A stretch of 64,000 nt of DNA from Macrostomum lignano (Eukaryota), in contig NIVC01000311.1 in the NCBI GenBank assembly GCA_002269645.1, positions 1 to 64,000 of the forward strand, written 5' to 3'. This document shows, in pieces, positions 14,070-26,426 of the stretch. Under the pieces are notes generated by a model. The model searched no databases and was not told the origin of the DNA. It was given only the letters and a program-made list of their open reading frames with translations. Position 1 is the stretch's first letter. Each line of letters begins with the position of its first letter. The position numbers and the translations under genes are program-made.

Positions 14070-16633
14070 ATGGACTTAGACGTTGGCGGAGAGGACCCGC
14101 CGCAGCAGCAGCGGTTCTGGCTGAGCCAGCTGCTCTCTGATTGGCTGACAAGCCTGACCAATCGGTGCGCAGCTGCGGCCAGAGCCGCCGTTCCTGTGGC
14201 CGCCTGGCTGGCGAAGGTGGGCAGCTTCCTCGGCACGGCCCTGCTGCTGGCCAGCGCCATCTACCTGCTCCTGTACTACACTCTCATCGGCGAGGAGGTG
14301 GTGAGCCGCAGACTGTACTTCACATTCGACTCCGCCTGCAAGCTCAAACTGGAGCCCGCTGCTACGGGCCTGCCGAGGATCTCGCCTGCGGATTTCCCGT
14401 CGCCAATGTTTCGCTGGCGCCCAACAGGGACGAGGTCGGCGAACTCGTCTATGGCCAGGTGAGGCTAGACTTCTAGTCTAGTCTAGTCTAATCTAGTCTC
14501 TAGGTGAGATATAGTCTCAAATGAGATATAGTCTCAAGCTAGATATAGTCTCAAGATAAGATATAATCTCAAGTTAGATATAGTCTCAAGCTGGATATAG
14601 TCTCAAGCTAGATATAGTCTCAAGATAAGATATAGTCTCAAGGTGTCAGAGCTCTATGCTAATAAGTAGAAAGTAAAGAGTATGGCGTTAAAAGCTTGCA
14701 TGACAGGCAAAAAAACTGTTGAGGAAGTCTTAGAGGACCCCCCGCTCCCCCGCTCCCAGGCCTACCGGGTCAGCGTGCGGCTGTGGCTGCCGGACAGTCG
14801 GCCCAACCGCCTGGCTGGCATGTTCCTCATCCGGCTGCAGCTCTACTCTCCTGGATTCGAGCCCGGGACCTCAGCGATCCGGCCCGCCCTGCTGCCGCAC
14901 CGGCCCTGGGCGGCTCGCCTGTTTGGCGACCTGACCGCCGCGGCCTTCGGCCTCCTGATTGGCTGGGACGCGGAGCCGCGGCAGCTGAGCGTCGACTTGC
15001 TCGATGACTACGTGGAGAACCCCTTCATCAGGTCCAGCGGCCTGCTGGTGGAGCTGCAGAGCCGCCGAGTGCAGGTGGGGAGTCTGAGGACTGACCTTTA
15101 AAACATGCCGTAAATGTTTACTGTCGTAAACTGTCGTAAACCATGAACTGAAATCTCCTTTGTGCCTGGCCGTTCAAGGAAACTCCCTCAGGAGTCATTC
15201 CAAAAAACTCCCTTAAGGTCTTTCCAAGAAACTCCTTTAGTAGCTACCCTCAGGAATCCCCCGTAGCTACCCTCAGGAATCCCCCTTAGTCACCCTCAGG
15301 AATCCCCCTTAGTCACCCTCAGGAATCCCCCGTAGCTACCCTCAGGAATCCCCTTAGTCACCCTCAGGAATCCCCCTTAGTCACCCTCAGGAATCCCCCT
15401 TAGCTACCCTCAGGTATCCCCGTAGCTACCCTCAGGAATCCCCCTTAGCTACCCTCAGGAATCCCCGTAGCTACCCTCAGGAATCCCCTTAGCTACCCTC
15501 AGGGATCCCCCTTAGCCACCCTCAGGAATCCCCGTAGCTACCCTCAGGAATCCCCCTTAGCTACCCTCAGGAATCCCCCTTAGCCACCCTCAGGAATCCC
15601 CGTAGCTACCCTCAGGAATCCCCCTTAGCTACCCTTAGGAATCCCTTTAGCCACCTTCAGAAATCCCCTTAGCCACCCTCAGGAATCCCCTTAGCCACCT
15701 TCAGGAATCCCCTTAGCCACCCTCAGGAATCCCCCGTAGCTACCCTCAGGAATCCCCCTTAGTCACCCTCAGGAATCCCCCTTAGTCACCCTCAGGAATC
15801 CCCCGTAGCTACCCTCAGGAATCCCCTTAGTCACCCTCAGGAATCCCCCTTAGTCACCCTCAGGAATCCCCCTTAGCTACCCTCAGGTATCCCCGTAGCT
15901 ACCCTCAGGAATCCCCCTTAGCTACCCTCAGGAATCCCCGTAGCTACCCTCAGGAATCCCCCTTAGCTACCCTCAGGGATCCCCCTTAGCCACCCTCAGG
16001 AATCCCCGTAGCTACCCTCAGGAATCCCCCTTAGCTACCCTCAGGAATCCCCCTTAGCCACCCTCAGGAATCCCCGTAGCTACCCTCAGGAATCCCCCTT
16101 AGCTACCCTTAGGAATCCCTTTAGCCACCTTCAGAAATCCCCTTAGCCACCCTCAGGAATCCCCTTAGCCACCTTCAGGAATCCCCTTAGCCACCCTCAG
16201 GAGTCCCCCTTAGCCACCTTCAGGAATCCCCTTAGCCACCCTCAGGAATCCCCTTACCCAACCAATCACCATCCATCCCGGCCGCACTTCGCAGGTCCAA
16301 CGAGCCGTCGTGGAGTTCCGCGCCCGCCTGTCTGGGCTAAAGTACATGATGTACTCGTACCCGCTCATCTCCGCCTGCCTGGGCATCCCCGCCATCGCCT
16401 GGCTGCTGTTGCTGGTGTCAGCGCCAGTGCTGCTGCGCAGATGGCTGAGCGGAGGCGGCGAGGAGGCCGACGCTGACTGGCTGGATGGCGACGGGGGCGA
16501 CGGCGGGCCGCAGCCGATGCCGCTGCTGGACCCGACGCGGCACGAGGCGGCAGCGGCGTACGGCGGCGGCGGCGGCGGCGGTGGGGAAGCCAGACGGAGA
16601 CGCGCCGACGGCGACGGCGACGGTTGCAACTGA
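14070..16633 (+). CDS. BSCL2: Seipin (lipid droplet biogenesis), 3 exons, with one apparent -1 frameshift in exon 1
   Basis: Exons 14070-14458, 14760-15074 and 16295-16633. TM1 then LYFTFDSAC, followed in a shifted frame by CGFPVANVSL and LVYGQ. Then AYRVSVRLWLPDSRPNRLAGMFL and EFRARLSGLKYMMYSYP plus TM2, matching seipin FPVANVSL / YGQPY / LPESPVNQDLGMF / GLRYLLYNFP. Confidence 0.9.
14500..14642. repeat. 17-bp minisatellite AGATATAGTCTCAAGCT in seipin intron 1
   Basis: About 8 units. Confidence 0.9.
15240..16255. repeat. 22-23-bp minisatellite TAGCTACCCTCAGGAATCCCCCT in seipin intron 2, with a higher-order duplication of about 474 bp
   Basis: About 44 units. Variant markers recur at an offset of about 474 bp. 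Confidence 0.95.
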
Positions 16634-16799
16634 TGGAGCTCGATTGAATTCAGACGGGGTTCAAGGACGCATCAGCCATGGAGCTCTGAGTGTCCTTCGT
16701 ATCCATGGATTTTCAAACCAAGCTTCTGGCTTGGAGTTTTTGTAACTATAGAGTATATGATGCCGGGTTGTGACTGGCTTTGAGTCTCAGCGATCATGA

Positions 16800-17520
16800 A
16801 GTCTCTATGAAAACCATGGAGCTCTAGATTAAGTATCTGGCTCTCAGAGTGTCTGCAGCCATGGAGTTCTAGATTAGGTATCTGGCTCTCAGAGTTTCTG
16901 TAGCCATGGAGTTCTAGATTAGGTATCTGGCTCTCCTACTGTCTGCAGCCATGGAGTTCTAGATTAAGTATCTGGTTCTCCTACTGTCTGCAGCCATGGA
17001 GTTCTAGATAGAGTATCTGGTTCAGAGTTTCCCTAGCCATGGAGTTCTAGATAGAGTATCTGGTTCAGAGTTTTCCTAGCCATGGAGTTCTGGATAGATT
17101 ATCTGGTTCAGAGTTTCCCTAGCCATGGAGTTCTAGATAGAGTATCTGGTTCAGAGTTTTCCTAGCCATGGAGTTCTGGATAGATTATCTGGTTCAGAGT
17201 TTCCCTAGCCATGGAGTTCTAGATAGATTATCTGGTTCAGAGTTTCCCTAGCCATGGAGTTCTAGATAGAGTATCTGGTTCAGAGTTTTCCTAGCCATGG
17301 AGTTCTGGATAGATTATCTGGTTCAGAGTTTCCCTAGCCATGGAGTTCTAGATAGAGTATCTGGTTCAGAGTTTCCCTAGCCATGGAGTTCTAGATAGAG
17401 TATCTGGTTCAGAGTTTTCCTAGCCATGGAGTTCTGGATAGATTATCTGGTTCAGAGTTTCCCTAGCCATGGAGTTCTAGATAGATTATCTGGTTCAGAG
17501 TTTCCCTAGCCATGGAGTTC
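16800..17520. repeat. 43-bp minisatellite downstream of seipin (AGCCATGGAGTTCTAGATAGAGTATCTGGTTCAGAGTTTCCCT)
   Basis: About 16 units. Confidence 0.95.
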
Positions 17521-18159
17521 TGGCACTGGGAAACTACTCTGACAGACTTTTTCTCTCATTCCTCTTGCATTTTGGCGCTGCATGTCGAGAACAAACTACT
17601 GCACACTTATTTGCTTTGCGTGTTCTGGTAGAACTTGTTTTGTTATAACTGCATTATTTTTTTGCGGTAAAACTTGGCTTGGATCTAATCTGGTTTATGT
17701 GAAATATTGCACCCCTATCTATTTCAATTCTCAAGCACCAATTATTGTCACTGTTATGTACTTTTAAGCTTAACGCTTCCAGTTCAAGCTTAGGAATCAA
17801 GATTTCTGCACAGGCATCAGGGTATGCTAAGCCCTTTTAATTTGGTTCTTAGTAGAAGCTATTTTTCATTTCATGACCGAGAAACTCAACAAGTTGAAAA
17901 ATTGTTCTATTTATTGTTCTAAATAAAACAATTTATTTTTGTATAATTGCCATTTATCCAATTTTGCTTTCTTGGCTCTCGATATACTGCTTGTTCCTGG
18001 AATGAAAAATTCCCTCAGTGTGACCATACTGACCTTTGAACAAAATCCAAACCACCTGACTGCAGTCGCCTCAGATAACCCCACCTTAATGACCTTAGAA
18101 AATGATATTAAACCCGTGACCCCTCTGACTTTACTCAAGGACCTTGAACCTCACTGACC

Positions 18160-18858
18160 TTAGAAATGACCTTAGAAAATGACCTTTCACCACCTGTCCT
18201 TAGAAAATGACCTTTCACCACCTAGCATTAGACAATGACATTCAACTTCACTGACCTTAGAACATGATCTTACACCGCCTGACCTTCAGAAAATGATCTT
18301 GAACTTCACTGACCTTAGACAATGACCTTGAACCCCAATGACCTTGAACCAATGACCTTGAACCCCAATGACCTTAGACAATGACCTTGAACCTCACTGA
18401 CCTTAGACAATGACCTTAACCTCACTGACCCTAGACAATGACCTTGAACCCCAATGATCTTAGACAATGACCTTGAACCCCAATGACCTTAGACAATGAC
18501 CTTGAACCCCAATGACTTTAGACAATGACCTTGAACCCCAATGACCTTAGACAATGACCTTGAACCTCACTGACCTTAGACAATGACCTTGAACCCCAAT
18601 GACCTTAGACAATGACCTTGAACCCCAATGACCTTAGACAATGGCCTTAAACCTCACTGACCTTAGACAATGACCTTAAACCTCACTGACCTTAGACAAT
18701 GACCTTGAACCCCAATGACTTTAGACAATGACCTTGAACCCCAATGACCTTAGACAATGACCTTGAACCCCAATGACTTTAGACAATGACCTTGAACCCC
18801 AATGACCTTAGACAATGACCTTAAACCTCACTGACCTTAGACAATGACCTTGAACCCA
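18160..18858. repeat. 29-bp minisatellite AATGACCTTAGACAATGACCTTGAACCCC abutting the HINFP start
   Basis: About 23 units built from 13+16 bp subunits. Confidence 0.95.
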
Positions 18859-18859
18859 C

Positions 18860-20916
18860 ATGCCGCTAACATCCGCAGCTCTGCAGCTCTCCATGCCGTA
18901 CCCAGACGAGCAGATCCTGCGGTGCGAGTGGGCTGACTGCCAGCACTTGGTCCGCTGCTTCCCCGGCAAGCGGTGGGAGGACCAGCGCCTGGAGTTCAGC
19001 AAGCACTGCGAGCGCCACGCAGTCGAGGCGGTGCGCGTCCTGGCCGTCGAGTTCGGCGGGATCAGCGCCGCGGCCGAGCTGCAGTGCCAGTGGCGCAACT
19101 GCGACGCCAGGCTGGAGATCTGCGAGCAGGAGCTGCAACAGAACCCGAACCGCCTGCTCGAACTGGCCGCCTGTCACGTGACCCAGCACGCGCATCACGT
19201 GATCGTGAAGCAGCTGGGCCGGAAGTTGATCGCGTCCAAGGGCTGGCCAGAGTGCTTGCTGAACTCCGCCTTCTGCAACAGCCTCGCTGACCAGGTGGGT
19301 TATCCGGCTGAGCAGTCCCGAGTTCGATTCCTCACTAATTTGGCATTCTAGAACAGAATGAACTGCCTTCAATGTTAAAATTCCGTTTATCATAATGCTC
19401 ACTGGCTTTTAGCCCTAATGTCTCTGCACAATTGGCTTTAACTAATAATTGCCTCTGAACGTCCACAGAATATGCCCGAAACACCCCACATAATGAGCCC
19501 TAATAACCCCACAGAATCAGCCCGAATCACCCCACATAATGAGTCATAATAACCCCCACACAATGAGTCATAATAACCCCCCACACATTGAGCCATAATA
19601 ACCCACACAATGAGCCATAAAAAACCCCCACAAAATGAGTCATAATAACCCCCCACACAATGAGTCATAATAACCCCCCACACAATGAGTCATAATAATC
19701 CCACACAATGAGCCACAATAACACCACACAATGAGCCCTAATAACCCCACACAATGAGCCATTATAACCCCACACAATGAGTCATAATAACCCCACACAT
19801 TGAGCCCTAATAACCCCACACATTGAGCCCTAATAACCCCACACAATGAGCCCTAATAACCCCACACAATGAGCCCTAATAACCCCACACAATGAGCCCT
19901 AATAACCCCACACATTGAGCCATAATAAGTCCCAATGACACTACTGCTGTGAACACTACCAGTAGTATCAATCAAACACCTGAACTCCACTGCCCCAGTC
20001 GCCCGAGCCGGCGCCGCTCCGCTGCCAGTGGGACTCGTGCGAATATTTCACCTGCAACACCTGCGCCTTCTACCTGCATTGCTCCAATCACCGATTCGAG
20101 TACGAGCGCCCGCCGCCTCAGCAGAAGTTCAGGCAGTACAGGCAGCGCGAGCACCGCGGCATCCGGGACATGCCCTGTCTGTGGCGCGGCTGCGACCACG
20201 TCTGCCGCTCCATCAGCAACCTCACCGAGCACATCCGCTGCCACTCCAAGGAGAAGCCGACCGCCTGCCCGACCTGTGGCCAGAAATTCTTTAATAATTC
20301 AAAACTGCAGAACCACCTGCTGAGGCAGGAGACGCCTAATCCCGTTCACAAGTGAGATTGGGGTTCCATGTTATCCCAGTGTGATCCAATCCCAGTGTGA
20401 TCCCATCCCATCCCAGTGTGATCCTATCTAATCCCAGTGTGATCACATCCAATCCCAGTGTGATCCCATCCCATCCCAGTGTGATCCCATCCAATCCCAG
20501 TGTGATCCCATCCCATCCCAGTGTGATCCCATCCAATCCCAGTGTGATCCCATCCCATCCCAGTGTGATCCCATCCAATATACCAGTGTGATTCCATTCA
20601 ATCCCAAAATGATCCTATCCAGTCTCATGATTATTCTATCAAATCCTCACTCGCCGTGATCCCCGACCCGCGTGCGCAGGTGCGACCAGTGCCACAAGTT
20701 GTTCAGCTCGCAGCGCATCCTCAGCGATCACATGCGCCGCCACGTGAACACGCAGAAGTGCCCCCACTGCGAGTTCACCCTGCCGACGCCCAGCGCTTTG
20801 CGGCGGCACCTGCAGATGAGGCACAGCGAAGAGAGACCGTTTGTGTGCACCGAGCCCGGCTGCGGGCACAGCTGCAAGACGGAGGACCAGCTCAAGGTGC
20901 TCAGCCCAAACTTGTG

Positions 20917-20972
<56 letters not shown>

Positions 20973-21816
20973 GGCAGACAGACAGGCAGACAGGCAGGCA
21001 GACAGGCAGGCAAGCAGGCAGACAGACAGGCAGACAGACAGACAGACAGCTTATTCGTACATATCGGCAGCCACTATAGCCAGGCCACTCCCCCCAACCG
21101 TCCTGCAGGTGCACTCCCGACGGCACGATCGGTCGCTGCGCTGCGACATCTGCGACCAGCACTTCGTGACCACCCACTTCCTGTACCGCCACCTGTCCAA
21201 GGCGCACGGCTTCGACCAGCTGTCGCAGTCAGCCGAGCGGGTGTACGCCTGCCACCTGTGCCACCTGGTCACCAAGGACTCGCGCTGCCTGTCCCGCCAC
21301 CTCATGCGGCGGCACCATCTGAGTCGGCCAGCCGGGTTCTCCAAGTTTAGATTCGAACCCGGGACCGACGGCGTCTGCCGGCTGGTGCAGACCCGGCTGG
21401 AGAGCATCGAGGTCACAAAGGAGGTGCTCGGCAACGAGCTGGTTGAGCACCAGCTCAGCCTGCAACGGCAACAGCAGCAGCAGCAGCAGGAGCAGCAACA
21501 GGAAGAGCAGCAGGAGCAGCAGGTACGGCAGCAGCGCCAGCAGCAGCAGCGGCAGCACCACCTGCAGCGGCATCCCTGGGACTGCAAGGACGCCGCCGCT
21601 CACCTGCAGCTGCCGCTGGTCCTGGGACCGCACGAGGACGACTTCCGGTTGGAGCGCCAGCAAGAGCAGGAAATGCTGCTACTAGAAGAGCCCGGCTACC
21701 AGCAACAGCAGCTGCAGGCCGCCGAGGACGAGTTCCTGCCGCTGCTCAGCGTGGTGACGCCCAAAGCCGGACCATCCGATGAGCAGTGCCTGTCTCTGGA
21801 TATCGGGGGGCTGTGA
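18860..21816 (+). CDS. HINFP: Histone H4 transcription factor (HINFP/MIZF) C2H2 zinc-finger protein, 4 exons
   Basis: Exons 18860 (or ATG 18893)-19294, 19999-20351, 20680-20896 and 21109-21816 are in frame. Motifs LRCEWADC, CQWRNC, HAHHVIVKQLG, CLWRGC..EHIRCHSKEKPTACPTCGQKFFNN, DHMRRHVNTQKCPHC, MRHSEERPFVC and the C-terminal FRFEPGTDGVCRLVQTRLES motif match the HINFP architecture. Q/E-rich tail. Confidence 0.87.
19480..19930. repeat. About 24-bp minisatellite CACACAATGAGCCCTAATAACCCC in HINFP intron 1
   Basis: About 18 units. Confidence 0.93.
20357..20630. repeat. 21-bp minisatellite CCCAGTGTGATCCCATCCCAT in HINFP intron 2
   Basis: About 11-12 units. Confidence 0.93.
20917..21049. repeat. 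(GACA)n/(GGCA)n microsatellite in HINFP intron 3
   Basis: Direct inspection. Confidence 0.95.
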
Positions 21817-21859
21817 CTGTGGCATCTGTGCTGCGGTTCGGTGAGATCTAAAAAATTAG

Positions 21860-22377
21860 ATGAGATCTCATGAAAATTTGATGGGATCTCAGGAAGATTT
21901 GATGGGATCTCATAGGGAATAGATGGGATCTCATAGGGAATAGATGGGATCTCATAGGGAATAGATGGGATCTCATAGGGAATAGATGGGATCTCATAGG
22001 GAATAGATAGGATCTCATTGGGAATAAATGGAATCTCATAGGGAATAGATGGGATCTCATAGGGAATAGATGGGATCTCATAGGGAATAGATGGGATCTC
22101 ATAGGGAATAGATGGGATCTCATAGGGAATAGATAGGATCTCATTGGGAGTAAATGGAATCTCATAGGGAATAGATGGAATCTCATAGGGAATAGATTAG
22201 ATCTCATAGGGAATAGATGGGATCTCATAGGGAATAGATGGGATCTCATAGGGAATAGAGGGGATCTCATAGGGAATAGATAGGATCTCATAGGGAATAG
22301 AGGGGATCTCATAGGGAATAGATGGGATCTCATAGGGAATAGATAGGATCTCATAGGGAGTAGATGGGATCTCATAG
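21860..22377. repeat. 21-bp minisatellite GATGGGATCTCATAGGGAATA downstream of HINFP
   Basis: About 24 units. Confidence 0.95.
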
Positions 22378-23068
22378 GAATATCTGGTTCTGTAGAATCG
22401 ATTTGATATCTCAGGAATTCGATGAGTTCTGTTGTACATGTATTTGATGGAGGGCCATACTTGTGTGTGCTTTATACTTTATGTAATTATGCTCTTATAA
22501 CTCCCAGTTTTACTATGTAAAGTTTCACATCTGCATCTGGGGCTGCTCTGATCATGTTTACAGAAACACTCAGTGGCTCAGTCTTTATGTTGCTGCTGCT
22601 GTTTTGCAACTCTTCAGGCATTGCTACACTGCAATAATTCTCTGTTACAAAAAATTGTGTTTAGCATGCTGCGAGCGTTACACTTATCCGCACATAAACT
22701 AGCAGCTTTGCTAATTAATTAATTTCATTTGTTTATGTGGCAATCTTTGTGTTAAAATATGCGTTTGTTCATCTGTACATCCGCTAGTTTAGTTTAATAA
22801 TAATAATAACTATTTATCTATTTATTTCTAATACCGGAAAATAACAATAATAAGCAAGACATTTTTCGACAGACTACTTATTTTTAAAAATGTTTAAGGT
22901 GATGCAGTATTTAGTTTTTTTCTATTAACAAAAAATCGTAGAATTAATTATTCTAGACAATGTGCCTCTACCTACTGACATTCCAGCCTAGTAGTGCAGT
23001 AAGAACGGGAGCTGTAAAAAGTTAAATAACTTTGCCAATCGAAGCTCCTAAAAAAACTTGGATATTCC

Positions 23069-25638
23069 ATGAGTCACGTGACGGCAGCCGGAGGGGTTGG
23101 CGGCGCCAGTGCCAGCCAATCAGAAGAGGCCGTCCTGTCCAGCGTTCGCTCGGCAGTGATTTACGCCGATTCTGGCGCCGCCGATTGGATCAACTGGCGC
23201 CGGCTACTGCCGCGCCTAATCGAGCACGGCGCGCTGGCTGTGCGCGAATTCCAGCCGGCTGAGAAACTGCAGCAGCAGCCAGCGGCCGCGGCCGTCAGGA
23301 AGGCCGTCTTCTTGCTGGCCGGCCGGCCGGACAGCCGGGTTGCCATGGAGACCCTGGCCGAGCTGGTGTCCGACACCGGACTCAATTATGTGATTCTCCT
23401 CACCGGAGCCTGTCCGGAGACCGCCGTGCTCATGGATGTCGAAGAGCACCTGGCCGGCTGGCTGGGGCACGGGGCCACCGCCCAGGTGAGGCCGCTGAAA
23501 ACTTATTGAAAGTTTCTTACACTATAGGCTCGTATACACTATGTTATATTTTTATTATGCATCTTGTAAGACATGCCAGTGTCTTTCAGACTACAAAAAT
23601 ATTCGGTGGCCCACGATTTCTAAGAATCCGAATCCCACAAACCGTTTGCTCCTCTCAGGTTCGCTTCGTCCCTCTGGGTCACGTGACCCTGATCCGGCCG
23701 CCTGAGGACCACCGCTTGCCCGAATTCGTAGTCCTCGGCGGCGGCGGCGATGACGTCACCGACCCGGATGATGATGACGTCATCAGCGAGCCGATTGGCC
23801 ACCTGGCTGGCCGGCTGCACAGCCTGCTGGCCGAGCTGTCGCTCAAGGAGGACATCCTCTGCCTCGGGCCGGCCGCCTCCCGTCTCGGCGACGCCCTGGC
23901 AGCCCTCGGGCCCGCAAAGGAGCGGCGCCGGCTGCCCAACCACCGGCGGGCGACTGTCGTGCTGGTGGATCGCGCGCTGGACCTGGTCGGGCCGCTCAGC
24001 TTTCTGGCGGACTCCTGGCTGGACACGCTGTGCAGATCTGGCCGCCCGCTGCTGGTCAGCGATGTGCACCTGGACCTCACCGCCTTCACCAGGTGCGCCG
24101 GCTGGAACTCCAGTGGGACTGAGTTGGGACTGGGGTGTTGCTGAGTTGGGACTGAGATGTGGCTGAGTTGGAGTTGGGACTGAGATGTGGCTGAGTTGGA
24201 ATTGGGACTGAGATGTGGCTGAGTTGGAACTAGGGTGTGGCTGAGTTGGAACTGAGGTGTGGCTGAGTTGGGACTGAGGTGTGGCTGAGTTGGGACTGAG
24301 GTGTGGCTGAGTTGGGACTGAGGTGTGGCTGAGTTGTGACTGAGGTGTGGCTGAGTTGGAGTTGGGACTGAGATGTGGCTGAGTTGGAACTAGGGTGTGG
24401 CTGAGTTGGAACTGAGGTGTGGCTGAGTTGGGACGGAGATGTGGCTGAGTTGGGACTGAGGTGTGGCTGAGTTGGGACTGAGGTGTGACTGAGTTGGGAC
24501 TGAGGTGTGGCTGAGTTGGGACTGAGGTGTGACTGAGTTGGGACTGAGGTGTGACTGAGTTGGGACTGAGGTGTGACTGAGTTGGGACTGAGGTTTGGCT
24601 GAGTTGGGACTGGGGTGTGGCTGAATGACCCCTTCCAGCAGCTCAACAGCCAGTTTTCCTCTACCTGCTGCCACTGGCAGATCCCGCAGCGCCGCTCACC
24701 TGCCCATCGGCTGCCTGTCCGGCTGTCTGGACAGCCCCCTCGGCCGGCGCCTGGCCGGCGGAGACGCCAAGCTGGCCGCAGGGAAGGCGGCCGCCGCGGC
24801 AGCCCAGCGGGCCCTGGCCGACGCCATGACGGCCGAGCGGGTGGCCTTCGACCCGGCGCTGCTCGTCGCCTCAACCTCGGCGGCCGGCAGCCCAGCGGGC
24901 AGCCTCGGCCTCCTGCTGGACCGGCTGGCCTCTGAGCGGCCGGGCCTGGCCTTCTCCAGCCGGCACTCCGGCACCGTCCAGCTGGCCGTGGCGGTGGCGC
25001 AGTCCCTGGCGGCCGCGGCCAGCGAGCGTCGGCAGCTTCAACAGCAGCTGGCAGCCGCCGTCCGCATCGAAAAGTCGATGCTGGGCGCCGCTGGCAGCCC
25101 GCCGGACGAGCTCGCCGAGGTCCGAGCGGCAGCTGCCGCTGAAGCTCAAGCGGCCGGGCTGCCTGCCGACGCCCTGCTGGCGCTGAAGGTCATTGGTTCG
25201 AGCCTGCTGCCCGCGCCCAAAGCTGATGTTGACGCTGAAAGCGAGGAGACGGCGGCCATCCTCGGCCGGCTGTCCCGCGTCCGGGCCGGCCAGCCTCGCC
25301 TGCGGCTGGTGGACAACTCGGTGGTGCCCACCTACGCGCCTCTCGTTGCTCAGCTGGGCGCCGAGATCGTTGGCGCCGCTGGGGCGCGGGCGCCGGCGCC
25401 TCAGTCGGCACCATCGCTGCAGCTGGAGCACAAGTCCACCGGGATGGCCGGCCTGTTCGGCTACCTGGGGGTGTCCGGCAAGCCGAAGCTGGCCGAGTCC
25501 GAGCTGGTGCTGGTCTGCGTGATCGGCGGCGCCACCTGGGCGGAGCACCGGGCGCTGCGGGAGCGGCTCCGCCAGCTGCAGCCGGGCCGGTCGGTGGCGC
25601 TGGTGACGGACCGCCTGCTGCGCGCCGCGACCAGCTGA
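23069..25638 (+). CDS. SCFD2: Sec1 family domain-containing protein 2 (SM-family), 3 exons
   Basis: Exons 23069-23485, 23659-24092 and 24639-25638 (a downstream in-phase acceptor is also possible). AVLSSVRSAVIYAD, KAVFLL, ATVVLVDRALDLVGP and the C-terminal LVLVCVIGGATWAE..VALVTDRLL match SCFD2. Confidence 0.85.
24115..24622. repeat. 22-bp minisatellite CTGAGTTGGGACTGAGGTGTGG in SCFD2 intron 2
   Basis: About 22 units filling almost the whole intron. Confidence 0.95.
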
Positions 25639-25809
25639 TCGGGGCGCTACGGCTCGGCGAGCTGTGCTAGCCTGGCTGTTGTTTCCATGGCAACCGTATT
25701 GTCTAGTCTTGGCGACACAATGTTCTGTTTTCCCGTGCCACTGCTTGTACTGAATCCAAATAATCGCCCCAGACACTACAGGCTCTCATAAGAACTTGAA
25801 GACAATCGC

Positions 25810-26120
25810 AGAAGAATCGCCCCAGACCCAACTGCCAGGAATCGCCATAGACCCAGCTGTCAGAAATCGCCCCAGACCCAACTGTCAAGAATCGCCCCAG
25901 ACCCAGCTGTCAGAATCGCCCCAGACCAGCTGTCAGGAATCGCCCCAGACCAGCTGTCAGGAATCGCCCCAGACCAGCTGTCAGGAATCGCCCCAGACCA
26001 GCTGTTAGGAATCGCCCCAGACCAGCTGTCAAGAATCGCCCCAGACCCAGTTGTCAAAAATCGCCCCAGAACCAGCTGTCAGAAATCGCCCCAGACCAGC
26101 TGTTAGGAATCGCCCCAGAC
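25810..26120. repeat. 24-bp minisatellite GAATCGCCCCAGACCAGCTGTCAG between the SCFD2 and GTPBP6 3' ends
   Basis: About 12 units. Confidence 0.93.
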
Positions 26121-26426
26121 CTCCCACAAACTATGAAGATTTTCGCTTGAAATCTGTTTTCATGATTGCCCGCTGTTAATCCAGAGTATTCAGTGAAGCT
26201 GTGAATTCTGGTCTTTGAAATGAACTTTCACGTATAGAATAAATAAACTCGTATTTGCCTCTTCATACGAGGTGCGGATTTAATTTCCGATGCAAATTGG
26301 CTTTCAATGAAACGAACTCAGCTTTTGTCTCGGTTTATTTTATTCAAGTCATATCCTGTACAAAAGGCGGACACGAAACACGCAAAGCACATGAAATGCT
26401 TCTCGAGCACCCGAAAGGCACCCAGG

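Noticed and set aside
10622-16633. SLC25A22 and seipin as pseudogenes
   Set aside because: All lesions are -1 events at short homopolymers, splice sites and motifs are intact, and I saw no nonsense substitutions. Assembly error is more parsimonious pending read checks.
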